Assembly: GCF_000621645.1 (NCBI RefSeq)
Contig: NZ_JHXR01000003.1
Coordinates: forward strand, 1 to 32,000
Source: Vibrio cholerae ATCC 14035
GTDB taxonomy: Bacteria; Pseudomonadota; Gammaproteobacteria; Enterobacterales; Vibrionaceae
Direction of reading: 5' to 3'
DNA: 32,000 bases
Below the pieces are notes generated by a model. The model searched no databases. It worked only from the letters and a program-made list of their open reading frames with translations, and had not been told where the DNA came from. A program made the position numbers and the translations under genes. Shown here piece by piece: positions 1 to 9,436 of this stretch (its first letter is position 1; every line of letters begins with the position of its first letter).

Positions 1-55
1 AAGCGTTGTGAGGCGTTGAGCTAACCTGTACTAATTGCCCGTGAGGCTTAACCAT
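1..55 (+). rRNA. rrl: 23S rRNA, 3'-terminal fragment (gene continues upstream of the window)
   Basis: The sequence gaggcgttgagctaacctgtactaat...cgtgaggcttaacc matches the conserved 3' end of gammaproteobacterial 23S rRNA (E. coli ends ...GUGAGGCUUAACCUU). A 5S gene follows after a spacer. Confidence 0.85.
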
Positions 56-182
56 ACAACACCCAAGGGGTTTTGTAGTGGACTCAAAGCTAAGCGCATA
101 AGAATGTGTGTGAGAACGAAGACAGCTTTCCAGAATTGTTGGTTATCACTTTTTAAGAAAAAGTGAAATCAAAAACAGAATT

Positions 183-302
183 TGCTTGGCGACCATAGCG
201 TTTTGGACCCACCTGATTCCATCCCGAACTCAGAAGTGAAACGAAACAGCGTCGATGGTAGTGTGGGGTCTCCCCATGTGAGAGTAGAACATCGCCAGGC
301 TT
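183..302 (+). rRNA. rrf: 5S rRNA, copy 1
   Basis: About 120 nt, tgcttggcgaccatagcg...cccacctga..ccatcccgaactcagaagtgaaacg...gatggtagtgtggggtctccccatgtgagagtag.acatcgccaggctt. It is collinear with E. coli 5S rRNA along its full length. Confidence 0.95.
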
Positions 303-348
303 TAATTTAAGAAACACGTTACTTATAACGTGTTTTAAATTTTTGTGT

Positions 349-424
<76 letters not shown>

Positions 425-464
425 TCTATTTCGATGCTTAGCTCAAAGCTGACATCACAAAATT

Positions 465-584
465 TGTTTGGCGACCATAGCACTTTGGACCCACCTGATT
501 CCATCCCGAACTCAGAAGTGAAACGAAGTAGCGCCGATGGTAGTGTGGGGTTTCCCCATGTGAGAGTAGGACATCGCCAGGCTT
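465..584 (+). rRNA. rrf: 5S rRNA, copy 2 (distal, diverged from copy 1 at roughly 9 positions)
   Basis: tgtttggcgaccatagcactttggacccacctgattccatcccgaactcagaagtgaaacgaagtagcgccgatggtagtgtggggtttccccatgtgagagtaggacatcgccaggctt is a full-length 5S homologue. Confidence 0.95.
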
Positions 585-592
585 GATTTACG

Positions 593-622
593 AAGCCGCT
601 GTAGATATACAGCGGCTTTTTG
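593..622 (+). terminator. Rho-independent terminator of the rrn operon
   Basis: Stem aagccgctgta / tacagcggctt with a 4-nt loop, followed by a T-run (ttttt), directly after the distal 5S gene. Confidence 0.85.
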
Positions 623-640
623 CATTTCACTTTTTCTAGT

Positions 641-1432
641 TTATTTCTTTTCTTTCGTATCGTTCAGTTTCCAATCATATTGGTAGTCGATTTTTCCTGA
701 ATAAAGGGATAGCTCAGGACGATACTGCGCAAGGTGAATAAGAAGCTCTTTTTTATTACCAAAATCAACGGCAAACCAGTCATAAATAGAGGAGAGGATT
801 AAGGTGTCATTGTTCAATGTTGCTCCCTTACTGCTGTTGATAAAGGTATGTGCTGCGTTACTAAGTAGTCGTTCTGTGTTTTGTGCAGTAAAAGCTTGGG
901 ATTGCAGATTTGGGCAGCCTAGGCTGGCACAATTGACCGCATAATGGGTTCGTGGATCCTTCCAGATAGGGCGTAAAATTCGATGCTCGATGTCATTGAG
1001 GGTTAGGGTTTGTCCTGCCACAGTAAAAACTTTCTCATCCCACGGCCCAAAACTGAATAGGCCCCCTAGTTTGGTTATGGACGCGACTGGGTAGTTATCC
1101 AAAATTAATTTCACTGTCAGAGCGTTGTAGAGATTAACCCAATAAGCATATTGCTCTTGGCGGTTAAATTCTCTTGGATCCAATTTTGAAAGTTGATCTA
1201 AGTAATCATTGAGTAGCGTTTTATCTTCCTTTGTTACTTCTGCATAACGAAAGAGGGCGTTCTCTCCCACTTGGACAAGATTGCGATCGAGGATGCTTTG
1301 CCAAGCTTGGTGAGAGACGCTTGCCGTATTACTGTCGTTGCTCGCTTGCCAATAAGCCCAAAGCTCCGCCTTTGGCGCTGCGTATACTATGTTGGAAAAA
1401 ATCAGAATAAAGAAAGCGAAGAGTGTTTTCAT
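641..1432 (-). CDS. Secreted DUF547-family protein (263 aa)
   Basis: Complete ORF. The N-terminus MKTLFAFFILIFSNIVYA/AP looks like a Sec signal peptide. The overall sequence (…FRYAEVTKEDK…NRQEQYAYWVNLYNALTVKLILDNYP…HYAVNCASLGCPNL…) resembles the DUF547 family from memory. Confidence 0.8.
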   Translation of the reverse strand: MKTLFAFFILIFSNIVYAAPKAELWAYWQASNDSNTASVSHQAWQSILDRNLVQVGENALFRYAEVTKEDKTLLNDYLDQLSKLDPREFNRQEQYAYWVNLYNALTVKLILDNYPVASITKLGGLFSFGPWDEKVFTVAGQTLTLNDIEHRILRPIWKDPRTHYAVNCASLGCPNLQSQAFTAQNTERLLSNAAHTFINSSKGATLNNDTLILSSIYDWFAVDFGNKKELLIHLAQYRPELSLYSGKIDYQYDWKLNDTKEKK

Positions 1433-1498
1433 ATCAGAGTAACCTTATCGTGAGATTGTGATTAGCTAGACCCGATGGCAACGCATTTTCTTTCGCGA

Positions 1499-1524
1499 TA
1501 AAAAAGGCTGCCATTTGGCAGCCT
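1499..1524 (-). terminator. Rho-independent terminator downstream of leuD
   Basis: On the minus strand: aggctgcc-aaat-ggcagcct followed by tttttta. It lies 9 nt after the leuD stop. Confidence 0.8.
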
Positions 1525-1532
1525 AGAAATGC

Positions 1533-2135
1533 TTATTTTAAGAAGCTCGGTATCTTGGCTTCATACTCCGCAATTTTTGCTTCGTGCTGTAGAGTCAGGC
1601 CGATATTGTCTAAGCCATTAAGTAGACAATGGCGACGGAAATCGTCAATCTCGAAATGGTAGGTTTTACCATTCGCGGTTACGCTCAGCGCTTCTAAATC
1701 GACGGTAATAGTTGCTCCTTCCGTATCATGAACATAGGTAAAGAGCTCATCCACTTCTTGCTCGGTTAAACGAACGGGCACCATCTGGTTGTTGATCGAG
1801 TTACCATAGAAAATATCGGCAAAGCTTGGAGCAATCATCACTCTGATGCCGTAATCCGCTAATGCCCAAGGGGCGTGTTCGCGCGAGGAGCCGCAACCAA
1901 AGTTCTCTCTTGCGAGCAAAATGCTAGCGTCTTGGTAGCGAGGTTGGTTCATCACAAATTCTGGGTTGGCTTTTTCACCTGCATCGTCCAAAAATCGCCA
2001 GTCGTGGAACAGATGTTTGCCAAAGCCAGTGCGATTCACTTTTTGCAAAAACTGCTTTGGAATGATCGCATCGGTATCGACGTTGGCGGCATCAAGAGGA
2101 ACGACTAAGCCGGTGTGTTGCTGAAATCCTGACAT
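1533..2135 (-). CDS. leuD: 3-isopropylmalate dehydratase small subunit (200 aa)
   Basis: Full ORF collinear with E. coli LeuD ([15 protein letters not shown]..., [13 protein letters not shown]). It is the last gene of a leuABCD array. Confidence 0.97.
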   Translation of the reverse strand: MSGFQQHTGLVVPLDAANVDTDAIIPKQFLQKVNRTGFGKHLFHDWRFLDDAGEKANPEFVMNQPRYQDASILLARENFGCGSSREHAPWALADYGIRVMIAPSFADIFYGNSINNQMVPVRLTEQEVDELFTYVHDTEGATITVDLEALSVTANGKTYHFEIDDFRRHCLLNGLDNIGLTLQHEAKIAEYEAKIPSFLK

Positions 2136-2150
2136 GGGGTTCTCCTTGAA

Positions 2151-3554
2151 TTAAAACTGACGAATATCGACGAAGTGACCAGCAATCGCTGCAGCGGCTG
2201 CCATTGCTGGGCTAACTAAATGAGTGCGACCATCACGTCCCTGACGTCCCTCAAAGTTGCGGTTTGAGGTAGACGCGCAGCGTTCTCCTGGCCCTAAGCG
2301 GTCATTGTTCATGGCTAAACACATTGAGCAACCCGGTAAGCGCCATTCAAATCCTGCTTCAATAAAGATCTTATCTAAGCCTTCCGCTTCGGCTTGCGCT
2401 TTCACTTGTTCGGATCCGGGCACGATCAATGCTTGGACATGAGAGGCGACTTTTTTCCCTTTGGCTACCGCTGCCGCAGCGCGCATATCTTCGATGCGCG
2501 AGTTGGTGCATGAACCGACGAACACTTTATCGACCTTATAATCGGAGAGCATTTTGCCGGCTTCAAGTCCCATGTAAGCCAGAGCTTTTTCTGCTGAGCT
2601 GCGTTCAACAGGATCGGCAAACTGGCTAGGTGATGGGATTGGCTCATCAACGGCAATCACTTGGCCTGGGTTGGTACCCCAAGTCACTTGCGGTTTGATT
2701 TCACTGGCTTCAAGCGTCACGACGGCATCGAACTGTGCATCCTCATCGGTTTTTAATGTTTGCCAATAGTCGACAGCAGCATCCCAATCACTGCCTTGTG
2801 GGGCAAACTTGCGGCCTTTGATGTAGTTGAATGTAGTTGCATCAGGGGCAATCAAGCCTGCTTTCGCACCAAGTTCAATCGCCATGTTACACACGGTCAT
2901 GCGACCTTCCATGGAGAGATCGCGAATCGCTTCTCCACAAAATTCCACGACATAGCCTGTACCGCCAGCGGCAGTTGTTTTACCAATGATCGCCAGTACG
3001 ATGTCTTTAGCGGTGATGCCGGGAGCCACTTTGCCCCGCACTTCGATTTTCATCGTCTTAGCGCGGCCTTGCTTTAGGGTTTGGGTAGCCAGTACGTGTT
3101 CTACTTCTGAGGTGCCTATCCCAAAGGCAAGCGAGCCGAATGCACCGTGAGTTGCGGTGTGTGAATCACCACATACAATCGTCATGCCGGGGAGGGTAAT
3201 ACCAAGCTCAGGTCCCATCACATGCACAATGCCTTGGTACTTGTGGTTAATGTCGTACAGCGTGACGCCAAACTCTTCGCAGTTTTTGGAAAGCGTTTGC
3301 ATCTGGATGCGCGCCATTTCACCTGAGGCATTGATGTCTTTAGTAGTGGTGGAGACGTTGTGATCCATGGTCGCAAAAGTTTTGCTAACTTGGCGTACCG
3401 GGCGACCTTTTTCACGCAAGCCATCAAAGGCTTGTGGAGAGGTCACTTCATGGACTAGATGACGATCGATGTACAGAATCGGCGTTTCACCCGGTGCGGC
3501 CACCACCACATGGGCATCGTAAATTTTTTCGTAAAGAGTTTTGGCTTTTGACAT
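2151..3554 (-). CDS. leuC: 3-isopropylmalate dehydratase large subunit (467 aa)
   Basis: Aconitase-family ORF ([17 protein letters not shown]..., [26 protein letters not shown]) in the operon position. Confidence 0.97.
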
Positions 3555-3611
3555 TGCTTCTTCCTTGAGCTCAGAGAGCTAAAGAGGAGTGGGGTAACCC
3601 CACTCTCAAAC

Positions 3612-4712
<1,101 letters not shown>

Positions 4713-4814
4713 TTATGATCGATTTTTAAGTTGTGTTTGTGTCGCCTAAGGTTCTTGAATACTGAAGCTACTCAGGGTTAGCAGTAACTTCAGTAGAGCT
4801 AAGGAGTATGAGCA

Positions 4815-6365
4815 TTAAACCGTAGCGACGCTTTTTTTCTGTTTAATCTGGGCGATTTGATCCGCGCGATGAATGCTATTGATAACATGCAACAAGGCTT
4901 GACCGGAAGCTTCAACGATGTCGGTTGAGACGCCGGTACCGTGATATTTACGTCCTTTGTAGTTGGCGATGATATCCGCTTGACCAAGACCATCTTCACC
5001 TTCGCCTTTGGCGGTGAGATCGAATTTATCGAGTACAATCTCATACCCTGTGATGCGATAGATACACTGATATAACGCATCGACTGGACCATTACCAACA
5101 GCGGCTTCGCATTTTTCTTCACCGCCACACAGCAACTTAATACTGGTGGTGGCCATCACGCTACCCGATTGCACGCTCAAGTAATTGAGTTTGTAGAAGT
5201 CATCTTCTTCACGCAAATTAGAGAAATGCATCAAGGCCTCTAAATCGTAATCAAACACTTGGCCTTTGCGATCTGCCAGCTTCAAGAAGTCTTCATACAA
5301 GGCATCCAAATTGTATTCATTTTCGTTGTAGCCCATTGAATCCATATGGCTTTTCACTGCGGCACGCCCACTACGACTAGTGAGGTTCAGTGCTTGGTTT
5401 TTGAGGCCTATCGATTCGGGGGTCATGATTTCGTAGGTATTTTTGTTTTTGAGCATGCCATCTTGGTGAATGCCCGAAGAGTGGCTAAACGCATTGGCTC
5501 CGACAATCGCTTTGTTGCTTTGAATCGGCATGTTGCATAGCTGGCTGACAAGCTTGCTGGTACGGCTGATCTCGTCGTGTTTAATGCCTGTGGTTACCCC
5601 GAGCAACTCTTGACGGGTTTTGATGATCATCGCGATCTCTTCCAATGCGCAGTTACCCGCACGTTCGCCAATACCGTTGATGGTTCCCTCTACTTGACGA
5701 GCTCCCGCTTGAATAGCGGCAATCGAGTTGGCTACCGACATGCCTAAGTCGTCATGACAATGCACGGAGATGATCGCTTTATCGATATTGGGCACTCGGT
5801 TAAACAGCGTTTGAATAATGCCGCCAAATTCGCTCGGCACTGTGTAGCCGACCGTATCTGGAATATTGATGGTACGCGCACCGGCATTGATCGCGGCTTC
5901 GACCATACGGCACAAGTTATCGATAGGTGTGCGGCCAGCATCTTCACAAGAGAACTCCACATCATCCGTATATTGACGCGCATGTTTCACCGCTTTGACT
6001 GCCATTGCGACGACATCGTCATAGCTGCGGCGCAATTTGTCTTGTACATGGATAGTGGATGTGGAGATAAAAGTGTGAATACGAAAGGCTTCGGCGACTT
6101 TCAAGGCTTCTGCCGCGGCATCAATGTCTTTCGCAACGGCTCGCGAAAGGGCACAAACACGGCTATTTTTGATGTTTTTAGCGATGGTTTGTACCGATTC
6201 AAAATCGCCCGGAGAGGAAACAGGGAAACCTGCTTCGATAATATCTACCCCTAAGCGCTCCAGTGCGTAGGCGATTTGCAGTTTCTCTTTTACCGTCAGG
6301 CTGGCAGACAAAGCCTGCTCTCCATCGCGTAATGTGGTATCGAATATAATCACCTGATTGTTCAT
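4815..6365 (-). CDS. leuA: 2-isopropylmalate synthase (516 aa)
   Basis: [18 protein letters not shown]..., HCHDDLGM.. and the C-terminal LeuA dimerisation/regulatory domain are present. An SD gaggaa lies 6-7 nt upstream of the ATG. Confidence 0.97.
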   Translation of the reverse strand: MNNQVIIFDTTLRDGEQALSASLTVKEKLQIAYALERLGVDIIEAGFPVSSPGDFESVQTIAKNIKNSRVCALSRAVAKDIDAAAEALKVAEAFRIHTFISTSTIHVQDKLRRSYDDVVAMAVKAVKHARQYTDDVEFSCEDAGRTPIDNLCRMVEAAINAGARTINIPDTVGYTVPSEFGGIIQTLFNRVPNIDKAIISVHCHDDLGMSVANSIAAIQAGARQVEGTINGIGERAGNCALEEIAMIIKTRQELLGVTTGIKHDEISRTSKLVSQLCNMPIQSNKAIVGANAFSHSSGIHQDGMLKNKNTYEIMTPESIGLKNQALNLTSRSGRAAVKSHMDSMGYNENEYNLDALYEDFLKLADRKGQVFDYDLEALMHFSNLREEDDFYKLNYLSVQSGSVMATTSIKLLCGGEEKCEAAVGNGPVDALYQCIYRITGYEIVLDKFDLTAKGEGEDGLGQADIIANYKGRKYHGTGVSTDIVEASGQALLHVINSIHRADQIAQIKQKKSVATV

Positions 6366-6428
6366 GTTTGCTTCCTCGCACTGAGAGTTAACGGCTAACT
6401 TCCTGAATATTGTTGTAAAAATCGGCTA

Positions 6429-6459
6429 TAAAAAAACCCGCATCAGCTGCGGGTTTTTT
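6429..6459 (-). terminator. leu operon attenuator (leader terminator)
   Basis: Minus strand: aaaaaa-cccgca-gctga-tgcggg-ttttttt, between the leader peptide and leuA. The left arm ACCCGC can alternatively pair with GCGGGT (6490-6495) at the end of the leader ORF, giving an antiterminator. Confidence 0.85.
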
Positions 6460-6487
6460 ATCTTGTGTGGTGTTTTTCGTCCACAGC

Positions 6488-6550
6488 CTACCCGCGTGAT
6501 GGTTCCACGATCAGTAGTAGGCCTAGCAGGAGAGAAAAACGCATTGTCAT
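6488..6550 (-). CDS. leuL: leu operon leader peptide, 20 aa: MTMRFSLLLGLLLIVEPSRG
   Basis: Read by hand from the minus strand. The ATG is at 6550 and the TAG at 6488-6490. Six Leu codons fall in a 7-codon stretch (CTC CTG CTA GGC CTA CTA CTG), followed by the attenuator hairpin. This is the classical leu attenuation layout. Confidence 0.8.
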   Translation of the reverse strand: MTMRFSLLLGLLLIVEPSRG

Positions 6551-6580
6551 CTGTAACAATCCACACAATTAAGTTAACAG

Positions 6581-6610
6581 ATTAGTACCGTACTCGACAC
6601 AATGCGTCAA
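6581..6610 (-). promoter_or_regulatory. Candidate sigma-70 promoter of the leu operon
   Basis: Minus strand: TTGACG (6610-6605), an 18-nt spacer, then ACTAAT (6586-6581), about 30 nt upstream of the leuL ATG. This is a motif match only. Confidence 0.4.
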
Positions 6611-6690
6611 CCCCAAAGTTGATTTTTTATTCATCTTGATAAGTATTTGAGCGTAACACTGAGAAACGAGCAGTTGAAAAGGCAGGTAAT

Positions 6691-6736
6691 TTGAAGAAAA
6701 AGTATCCGAGTATTTATAATTCATCGAATGATGAAT
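6691..6736 (+). promoter_or_regulatory. Candidate promoter of the TetR gene with an overlapping palindromic operator
   Basis: TTGAAG (6691-6696), an 18-nt spacer, then a perfect TATAAT (6715-6720). The inverted repeat ATTCATC-gaat-GATGAAT (6719-6736) overlaps the -10/+1 region. An SD aagga lies 6 nt before the ATG at 6748. Confidence 0.45.
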
Positions 6737-6747
6737 AAGGAACTCTG

Positions 6748-7383
6748 ATGACATTACGTAAAGTCGGCCGACCAAGCCAACAGACTCAAGCTCGTGACCA
6801 GTTGATCATGCATGCCCGTGAGCTTTTCTCTGTCATGCCTTATGACAAAGTATCGACACGTTTGATTGCGAGCAAAGCGGGCGTCGATATCAGTTTAATT
6901 CGCTATTATTTTGCGAATAAAGCTGGCTTATTTGAGACCATGTTGCGTGAAACTTTGCTACCGATGAAAGCGCAGCTCGGGTTGTTGGTTGCTGAGAGTA
7001 GTCACCAAAATCTGACCGATTTAATGCGTACTTATTATCGAGAAATGTTCAAAATACCGTATTTCCCACGTTTGATTATGCAGGTGATGAATACGCCTGG
7101 TAGCGATATGAAAAAGCAGTTGATTGAGAAAGTGGTTCTCGATATTACGCGTCCGATTCAGGAAACTTTGTTTGAGAAGCTGATTGAGCGAGGCGTGATT
7201 CGAGAAGGTATGGATCCGCAACTGTGCAAAATTTCTTACCTAAGTTTAATGATTTTTCCTTTTATCGCTCCGCCAGCCCTACTTAAGATTCATGGGGTTG
7301 AATTATCACAAACCTTCCTTGAAAGCTTGGTTGAGCACAACATTCAGCTAATGGAACAAGGGTTTATAACGAGAATGGGATAA
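6748..7383 (+). CDS. TetR/AcrR-family transcriptional regulator (211 aa)
   Basis: The N-terminal HTH is typical of the TetR family (ARDQLIMHARELFSVMPYDKVSTRLIASKAGVDISLIRYYFANKAGLFETM). The C-terminal helical ligand domain is not diagnostic. Confidence 0.9.
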   Translation: MTLRKVGRPSQQTQARDQLIMHARELFSVMPYDKVSTRLIASKAGVDISLIRYYFANKAGLFETMLRETLLPMKAQLGLLVAESSHQNLTDLMRTYYREMFKIPYFPRLIMQVMNTPGSDMKKQLIEKVVLDITRPIQETLFEKLIERGVIREGMDPQLCKISYLSLMIFPFIAPPALLKIHGVELSQTFLESLVEHNIQLMEQGFITRMG

Positions 7384-7444
7384 GCTCTCAACATAGAGTG
7401 CATACCTAGGCTGACCGCTCGCTTGTCACCATTTCGACAAACAA

Positions 7445-7478
7445 TTTTCACCTGACTGTCATTTGCTGCCGATAAGAT
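7445..7478 (+). promoter_or_regulatory. Pho-box-like promoter candidate upstream of the PAP2-glycosyltransferase pair
   Basis: TTTTCAC-ctga-CTGTCAT (7445-7462) compares with the E. coli Pho box CTGTCAT-AWAW-CTGTCAY: 5/7 and 7/7 half-sites at 11-bp periodicity. A 10-nt gap and TAAGAT (7473-7478) follow, the same box-to--10 spacing as phoA. The spacer ctga is not AT-rich. Confidence 0.35.
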
Positions 7479-7512
7479 CAAAGCATCACCTCACCAGAAG
7501 GAAGGATGTGTG

Positions 7513-8046
7513 ATGAGAGCTATGGAACCGATCGCTAAACTCGATTTAGCTTTTTCATTACTCTGCTTACAGCATAAGTACAATACGCGAGTCGCGAGGC
7601 TCAGTAAGTCAATTTCTCATACAGGAGATGGGCATCTTTACGCGCTGATGGGCATTTTAGCTTGGTGGTTAGATGAGACTCATGGGCTGCTGTTTCTCGC
7701 GGTTGGCCTGCTTGCGTTTGCTATTGAATTACCGATTTATTGGTTGCTGAAAAACAGTTTTCAGCGCCGACGTCCACAAGAACTTTCTGCCTTAGTCACG
7801 GCTTATATCACGCCGAGCGATCGCTACAGCTTACCGTCGGGACATACCGCTGCCGCCTTCGTCATGGCGACATTAATTGGTTATATCTATCCTCATTGGT
7901 ATGCCGTCGCACTTTGTTGGGCAGGTTTAATTGGCTTGGCGCGAGTGTTATTAGGCGTGCATTTTCTAAGTGATGTGATCGCTGGAGCTTTGCTTGGCAT
8001 GGGCAGCGCAACCTATGCAATGAGCGTAATGGAGAAAAGCATTTGA
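7513..8046 (+). CDS. PAP2-superfamily integral-membrane (lipid) phosphatase (about 177 aa)
   Basis: All three acid-phosphatase motifs are present: KNSFQRRRP (KX6RP), PSGH, and ARVLLGVHFLSD (SRX5HX3D with A for S). There are multiple hydrophobic helices. ATG 7513 has the SD aagga 6 nt upstream. An in-frame GTG at 7510 is an alternative start. Confidence 0.85.
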   Translation: MRAMEPIAKLDLAFSLLCLQHKYNTRVARLSKSISHTGDGHLYALMGILAWWLDETHGLLFLAVGLLAFAIELPIYWLLKNSFQRRRPQELSALVTAYITPSDRYSLPSGHTAAAFVMATLIGYIYPHWYAVALCWAGLIGLARVLLGVHFLSDVIAGALLGMGSATYAMSVMEKSI

Positions 8047-9131
8047 AAATACTGTATGGCGTTCAAGGAACCGGGAATGGGCATATTGCGCGTTCAAGAG
8101 CCATGTGTGCGGCACTTAAGCAGCAGCAAGTTGATGTGGATTATCTGTTCTCAGGACGTCCTGTTGAGAACTATTTTTCAATGGAATGCTTTGGTGATTT
8201 TGCGACTCGACGAGGGCTGACCTTTGCCACCGAAAATGGCCACGTCAATTACGTTAAAACGTTACGTAAGAATAATCTGTTGCAGTTTTGGAATGAGGTG
8301 AAGCGCTTAGATCTTTCTGGTTATGACCTGATTTTAAACGATTTTGAGCCAGTGACGGCTTGGGCTGCCAAATTACAAAATATTCCCTGTATTGGAATTA
8401 GTCATCAGAATGCCTTCTTGTATCCAGTGCCATTAAAAGGTGCTTCTTGGCTGGATAAAGCGATCTTGCGGCATTTTGCGCCAGCCCAGTACCATTTAGG
8501 TTTACATTGGTACCATTTTGAACAGCCTATTTTGCCTCCCATTATTTATGCGCCGGAGCAGCCGCTGAGTCAGCAGAACTTTATATTAGTCTACCTTCCA
8601 TTTGAAAATGTGAATGAAATCTGTGAGTTACTGTATAGATTTACCAATATTCACTTCATTTGTTATCACCCCGAGGTGCCAGAAAACGAGTTGACGGAAA
8701 ATGTCGAACTGCGTCGTTTGCATCATGGTGATTTTCAGCATCATTTACACCAATGCAGCGGAGTGATCACCAGTGGTGGTTTTGAGTTGCCTTCGGAAGC
8801 TTTAGCGTTAGGCAAAAAATTATTAATGAAGCCATTGGCTGGCCAATTTGAACAGGTGAGTAATGCGGCAACCCTTGAAACACTTGGGCTGGCAAGTGTG
8901 ATGGAGTTTCTTGACCCTGCCTGCTTACGTCTGTGGCTTGATGAGAAACAGGCTGAGCGAGTGATCTATCCCGATGTGGCTCACTTTTTAGTTGAATGGA
9001 TTCTCAAGGGGAAATGGGAAAATAGTGAAGTACTTTGTCAGCAACTTTGGCAAAAAGTCGATTTCCCCAGTTACGCAATTTTGGGTAATGAACTGACTAA
9101 CTCAATGAGTCCTTCGTTAAAACATTTTTAA
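8043..9131 (+). CDS. GT-B fold glycosyltransferase, MurG/GT28-like (MJ1255-type) (362 aa)
   Basis: It has an N-terminal glycine loop MKILYGVQGTGNGHIARS and a C-terminal nucleotide-sugar motif ITSGGFELPSEALALGKKLLMKPLAGQFEQVSNA. The TTG start overlaps the PAP2 stop (TTGA, 4-nt overlap), which suggests translational coupling. The TTG start is unverified. Confidence 0.8.
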   Translation: MKILYGVQGTGNGHIARSRAMCAALKQQQVDVDYLFSGRPVENYFSMECFGDFATRRGLTFATENGHVNYVKTLRKNNLLQFWNEVKRLDLSGYDLILNDFEPVTAWAAKLQNIPCIGISHQNAFLYPVPLKGASWLDKAILRHFAPAQYHLGLHWYHFEQPILPPIIYAPEQPLSQQNFILVYLPFENVNEICELLYRFTNIHFICYHPEVPENELTENVELRRLHHGDFQHHLHQCSGVITSGGFELPSEALALGKKLLMKPLAGQFEQVSNAATLETLGLASVMEFLDPACLRLWLDEKQAERVIYPDVAHFLVEWILKGKWENSEVLCQQLWQKVDFPSYAILGNELTNSMSPSLKHF

Positions 9132-9436
9132 CGTGAATATTAGTGTTCAGTAAAGGATGTATCTATTGTTCAAATTAATAATTAATAAAAACCCATTAAA
9201 AATGCATTTTTATAGATTTTTATAAAAATTAATCGTATTGATTATTAAGGCTTTTTTAAAGTAATGACTAAAATAAACTGACTTTTTGTCAATGCTATTG
9301 CATAGCTTCGAATGATTAGCCGATATTACTCGCCATCCACCAAATATCTGGGCGGTAAATATTACAAACAGCGCTTATCTTTCCACTGGCGATTTATGCA
9401 TATTTATCGCTAGTGACGACACTGTGAGGCATGCAA

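Noticed and set aside
6569-6775. 68-aa minus-strand ORF in the leu/TetR divergent promoter region.
   Set aside because: It has no SD and low-complexity AT-driven composition. It spans both candidate promoters and overlaps the TetR start, so it is most likely spurious.
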